DNA from: Myxococcota bacterium
GTDB lineage: Bacteria; Myxococcota_A; UBA9160; UBA6930
Assembly (NCBI GenBank): GCA_965223415.1
Contig: OZ245002.1
Coordinates: forward strand, 832,001-896,000
DNA length: 64,000 nt
Direction of reading: 5' to 3'
The notes under the pieces are model-generated. The model had not been told where the DNA came from. It saw only the letters and a list, made by a program, of their open reading frames with translations, and did no database searches. Position numbers and translations under genes: made by a program. Positions within the stretch are counted from its first letter, which is position 1. Each line of letters starts with the position of its first letter. This document shows, in pieces, positions 60,411 to 64,000 of the stretch.

Positions 60411-61300
60411 CGTTCCAGGTCGGTGGCCACGAAGCGCACGAAGTCGTCGGGCTTCACGAAGCCCTTGCCCCAGGTGGCGTCCAGGTCTTCGGTCGGCCTG
60501 GCCGCGACCACCTCGTCGACGCTTCGACCGGCCACGAGGGCGGCGCGGATGCGGTCGCGGACGGTGACGAGCATGTCGCGGTACGCCTGGAGCTCGGCCC
60601 GGCTCGAGAGAGGGCCGTGGCCGGGGAGGATGCGGGTGTCGTCGTCGGCTCGGGCGAGCACGGAGTCGGTGGCGGAGATGACGCCGTCGATCGTGCCGCC
60701 GCTGCCGACGTCGATGAAGGGGTAGGTGCCGGCGAAGAAGGTGTCGCCCATGTGGACGGCATTGCGGTCCGTGAACCAGACCAGGGCGTCGCCGTCCGTG
60801 TGGGCGGGCGGCACGTGCACCACCTCGGTGGTCACGCCGTTCAGGTGGAAGGTGACCGCGGTCGGAAAGGTCACGACCGGCAGGGCGGCGGGGGGCGAGG
60901 GCGGAGCGTCGCGGCCAAGGGCCTCCATCACCTGCCGCACGCTCATGCGCGCCCGCACGTTTTCGTGGGCGACGATCACCGCGCCGCCCATGCCCAGGCT
61001 CTCGTTGCCGCCGGTGTGATCGCCGTGCCAGTGGGTGTTCACGACGAAGCGGATCGGGCCGGGATCGATGGCAGCCACAGCGGCGAGGATCTTCTCGGTG
61101 AGCGGCGCGAATTGGTCGTCTACGAGGAAGACGCCGTCCGCGCCGGACAGCACGGCGATGTTGCCGCCGCGGCCGACGAGCATGTGGAGGCCTTCCGCCA
61201 CGGGCACGGTCCGGATCTCGACGTCCGAGAAATCCTGGGCGGAGAGACCCGCCGGCAGGAGGAGGCTGAGGACCCAGAGGAGAGACGCGAAACGCAGCAT
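60407..61300 (-). CDS. Secreted MBL-fold metallo-hydrolase
   Basis: Signal peptide, NTHWHGDHTGGN, AHTDGD, HMGD, PGHG. Confidence 0.9.
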   Translation of the reverse strand: MLRFASLLWVLSLLLPAGLSAQDFSDVEIRTVPVAEGLHMLVGRGGNIAVLSGADGVFLVDDQFAPLTEKILAAVAAIDPGPIRFVVNTHWHGDHTGGNESLGMGGAVIVAHENVRARMSVRQVMEALGRDAPPSPPAALPVVTFPTAVTFHLNGVTTEVVHVPPAHTDGDALVWFTDRNAVHMGDTFFAGTYPFIDVGSGGTIDGVISATDSVLARADDDTRILPGHGPLSSRAELQAYRDMLVTVRDRIRAALVAGRSVDEVVAARPTEDLDATWGKGFVKPDDFVRFVATDLER

Positions 61301-61373
61301 GGCCCGATGGCAGCTCGTCTCGGGGCCCTTGGCAAGCTCGGGCCGGCAACGCAACATGCGGGCGGAGGTCGCC

Positions 61374-63017
61374 GTGAGGCCCGGTCCCGTCCTGCTCGCC
61401 TTCGCCCTGCTCGCCCACGCCGCCGGCGCCGGCAGCGAGGAGCGCCCGAACGTCCTGTTGATCATGGCCGAGGACCTGAGCCCGAGGATCGGCGCGTACG
61501 GGGACACGCTGGCCCGCACGCCGAACCTCGATCGGCTCGCCGCCGAGGGCATGCGCTTCGAGCGGGCGTTCACGAGCGCCGGCGTGTGCGCGCCGAGCCG
61601 TGCCGGCATCATCATGGGCGTGCACGCGGACAGCTGGGGCGCCGGCCACATGCGCGTCAGCGGGCGGGACTACACGGCGGTGCCGCCGCCGGACATGAAG
61701 GCCTTCCCGGAGCTGCTGCGCGCGGACGGCTACTGGACCGCCAACGGCGAGAAGACCGACTACCAGATGGCCACCGGTTTCGGCACGGCCTTCGAGGGCC
61801 CGTTCACGATCTGGGACGAGAACGGCGCCGAGGACTGGCGCGGCCGTGACGAGGACCAGCCCTTCTTCGCCTACCTCACGCTCGGCGGGACTCACGAGAG
61901 CCAGGTCTGGCCTACCTGGCGCTTCCCGAGGAGCCTCGTCGAGCTCGTCCTCATGCCGATGCGAGTCGCCAACCACGCGCAGTGGCTGCACGAGACGGAC
62001 CCCGCCCGCGTCTCCCTGCCTCCCTACTACGTGGACACGAAGGCCACCCGGGAGGACCTGGCCCGTCACTACAACAACATCGAGGTCATGGACGCCCAGG
62101 TCGGCGAGCTCGTCGCGAAGCTCGAGGAGGACGGCCTGGCCGAGCGCACGATCGTCATCTGGACGACGGACCACGGCGACGGGCTCCCCCGGGCCAAGCG
62201 CTGGCCCTACGACTCGGGCATCCGCATTCCCCTCCTCGTCCGCTGGCCCGGCGTGACGACCCCCGGCTCGGTGAACGAGGAGCTGGTGAGCGGCGTCGAC
62301 TTCGCGCCGACCCTCCTGCGGGCGGCCGGCGTGGAGATTCCCGCCCACGTCCAGGGCCGCGTCTTCCTGGGCCCCGGCAAGCAGCCCGAACCGGAGTGGA
62401 TCTACGCCGCGCGCGACCGCATCGACGAGCAGACCGACCGCGTACGAGCCGTACGGGACCGCCGCTACAAGTTCGTCCGCCACCTCCTGCCGGAGCTGCC
62501 CTACGTGCTGCCCGTAGCGTTCCGCAACGCAATGCCGATGATGCAGGAGCTGCTCGCCCTCGCCGAGGCGGACGAGCTCACCGGACCTCCCGCCCTCTGG
62601 TTCCGGCCCACCCGCGACGCCGAAGAACTCTTCGACACCGAGACCGACCCCGACGAGATCCGCAACCTGGCCGGCGATCCAGCCCACGAAGAGCGACTCG
62701 CCCGCATGCGCGGGGCCCTCGACCGCTGGCTGGTCGATTCCGGCGATCTCGGCCTGCTGCCGGAGGAAGAGCTGAAGGAGCGCTTCTGGCCCGGCGGCGA
62801 GCAGCCGGTGACTGAGCCCCCAGCGATCCGCGTGCAGGACGGTCTCGTGCACCTGACCAGCCCGAGCGAAGGGGCCTCCATCGGCTACCGGGTCGCCGAC
62901 GGCCGGTGGCGGCTCTACACGGGCCCGTTCGCGCCTCCGGCCGGGAGCACGCTCGCCGCCAAGGCGGTGCGCTACGGCTGGGCGGAGAGCGACGAAACCG
63001 AGAGGACGATCCCATGA
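61374..63017 (+). CDS. Formylglycine-type sulfatase, secreted
   Basis: RPNVLLI.AED, CAPSR motif, TDHG, ELFD...DPDE..NLA; alternative start ATG 61356. Confidence 0.92.
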   Translation: MRPGPVLLAFALLAHAAGAGSEERPNVLLIMAEDLSPRIGAYGDTLARTPNLDRLAAEGMRFERAFTSAGVCAPSRAGIIMGVHADSWGAGHMRVSGRDYTAVPPPDMKAFPELLRADGYWTANGEKTDYQMATGFGTAFEGPFTIWDENGAEDWRGRDEDQPFFAYLTLGGTHESQVWPTWRFPRSLVELVLMPMRVANHAQWLHETDPARVSLPPYYVDTKATREDLARHYNNIEVMDAQVGELVAKLEEDGLAERTIVIWTTDHGDGLPRAKRWPYDSGIRIPLLVRWPGVTTPGSVNEELVSGVDFAPTLLRAAGVEIPAHVQGRVFLGPGKQPEPEWIYAARDRIDEQTDRVRAVRDRRYKFVRHLLPELPYVLPVAFRNAMPMMQELLALAEADELTGPPALWFRPTRDAEELFDTETDPDEIRNLAGDPAHEERLARMRGALDRWLVDSGDLGLLPEEELKERFWPGGEQPVTEPPAIRVQDGLVHLTSPSEGASIGYRVADGRWRLYTGPFAPPAGSTLAAKAVRYGWAESDETERTIP

Positions 63018-63442
63018 CGATCCTGCGGGTGATCCTCTACGTGCTGTTGGCGCTGGTCCTGCTGGCCGGCGGCTACCTGGGCTACATGCGGTGGATCGGC
63101 AACGCCCGCGTGGAGCGGGAGCTGATGGAGCGTCCGGACGGCGAGCGGGCAGGCCAGGTCATGCTCCTGACCCTGCCCGGAGGCCGCCGGATTCCCGTGA
63201 ACTACCTGCGCGAAGGCGACCGGATCTACGCCGGCGCCGACGGCCGCTGGTGGCGCGAGCTGGTCGGGAAGGGCGTCCCAGTTCGCGTGCTGGTGCGCGG
63301 CGAGGCGCTCGAGGGCAACGCGCGCGCCGTGCTCGACGACCCGGCCTACACGAAGGACGTCTTCTCCCGGCTGCGACCCAACGCCCTGGAAGGCTTCGGC
63401 ACGCTGGTCGAGATCCGGCTCGAGGCGGAGGGAGGGGACTGA
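63014..63442 (+). CDS. Membrane-anchored hypothetical protein (possible split-barrel fold)
   Basis: ATGA overlap; N-terminal TM; PVNY...WWREL; fold call tentative. Confidence 0.65.
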   Translation: MTILRVILYVLLALVLLAGGYLGYMRWIGNARVERELMERPDGERAGQVMLLTLPGGRRIPVNYLREGDRIYAGADGRWWRELVGKGVPVRVLVRGEALEGNARAVLDDPAYTKDVFSRLRPNALEGFGTLVEIRLEAEGGD

Positions 63443-63445
63443 GCG

Positions 63446-64000
63446 GTGGTGATCTGGGGCCGGCGAAGCGCCTTCAACGTGCAGAAGGTGCTGTGGCTCG
63501 CCGGAGAGCTCGGCCTCGACTACGAGCACCGCGATGCCGGCGGCTCCTTCGGCGGCCTCGACGCGCCGGAGTTTCGGGCCATGAACCCCCACGGCCGTGT
63601 GCCCGTGCTATGCGACGACGACCGCGCGATCTGGGAGTCCCACGCCATCCTCCGTTACCTGGCGGCGCGCTACGGCGGTGCCTCCCTGTGGCCTGAGGAT
63701 CCCGCCCGGCGCTCCCTCGCGGACCGTTGGATGGATTGGTCCCAGACCGCCTGGCAGCCGGACTTCATGCGGGTCTTCTGGGGCTGGTACCGCACGCCCG
63801 AGAGCGAGCGGGACAGGCCGCGGATCGAAGCGGCGCTGCGCGATTGCGGCCGGCACCTGGAGCGACTGGACGAGCAGCTGGCCGCCCAGCCCTTCCTCGC
63901 GGGCGAAGCCTTCGGCCTCGCCGACGTGCCAGCCGGGACCGCCCTCTTCCGCTGGCTCGAGATGGGCCTCGCCGTGCCGCGCCCGCCGAACGTCGTCCGA
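63446..64000 (+). CDS. Glutathione S-transferase (runs off window)
   Basis: IWGRRSAFNVQKVLW, MNPHGRVPVL, IWESHAILRYL, DRWMDW. Confidence 0.9.
   Translation, partial: MVIWGRRSAFNVQKVLWLAGELGLDYEHRDAGGSFGGLDAPEFRAMNPHGRVPVLCDDDRAIWESHAILRYLAARYGGASLWPEDPARRSLADRWMDWSQTAWQPDFMRVFWGWYRTPESERDRPRIEAALRDCGRHLERLDEQLAAQPFLAGEAFGLADVPAGTALFRWLEMGLAVPRPPNVVR

Overview
Very high-GC bacterial chromosomal segment, gene-dense and mostly core/metabolic; gene content suggests a Myxococcota/deltaproteobacterial-type organism (inference only). It contains aguBA, two tandem MMPL/RND paralogs, ppsR, leuS, a heme-copper oxidase operon (diheme cytochrome c, subunits II, I, III, IV, III', two unannotated peptides, DUF420 and ctaB nearby), an envelope-modification cluster, a REP-associated tyrosine transposase (RAYT) with flanking and dispersed REP palindromes, ptsP, an AsmA-rfaE2-MoxR/Bat operon, a class I fumarase and many hydrolases/transporters. 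No rRNA, tRNA or CRISPR array was seen. Main observations: (1) an A-type oxidase that has lost the canonical K-channel residues and gained two intramembrane glutamates; (2) a ~544-bp nested inverted-repeat element with two copies of a conserved core closed by different 30-bp stems; (3) a RAYT/REP system with two REP stem variants; (4) a probable ATT start plus anti-Shine-Dalgarno hairpin for ptsP; (5) an MFS gene split by one in-frame TGA; (6) recurrent leaderless-type -10 boxes. All calls come from reading motifs by eye; no database searches were run.
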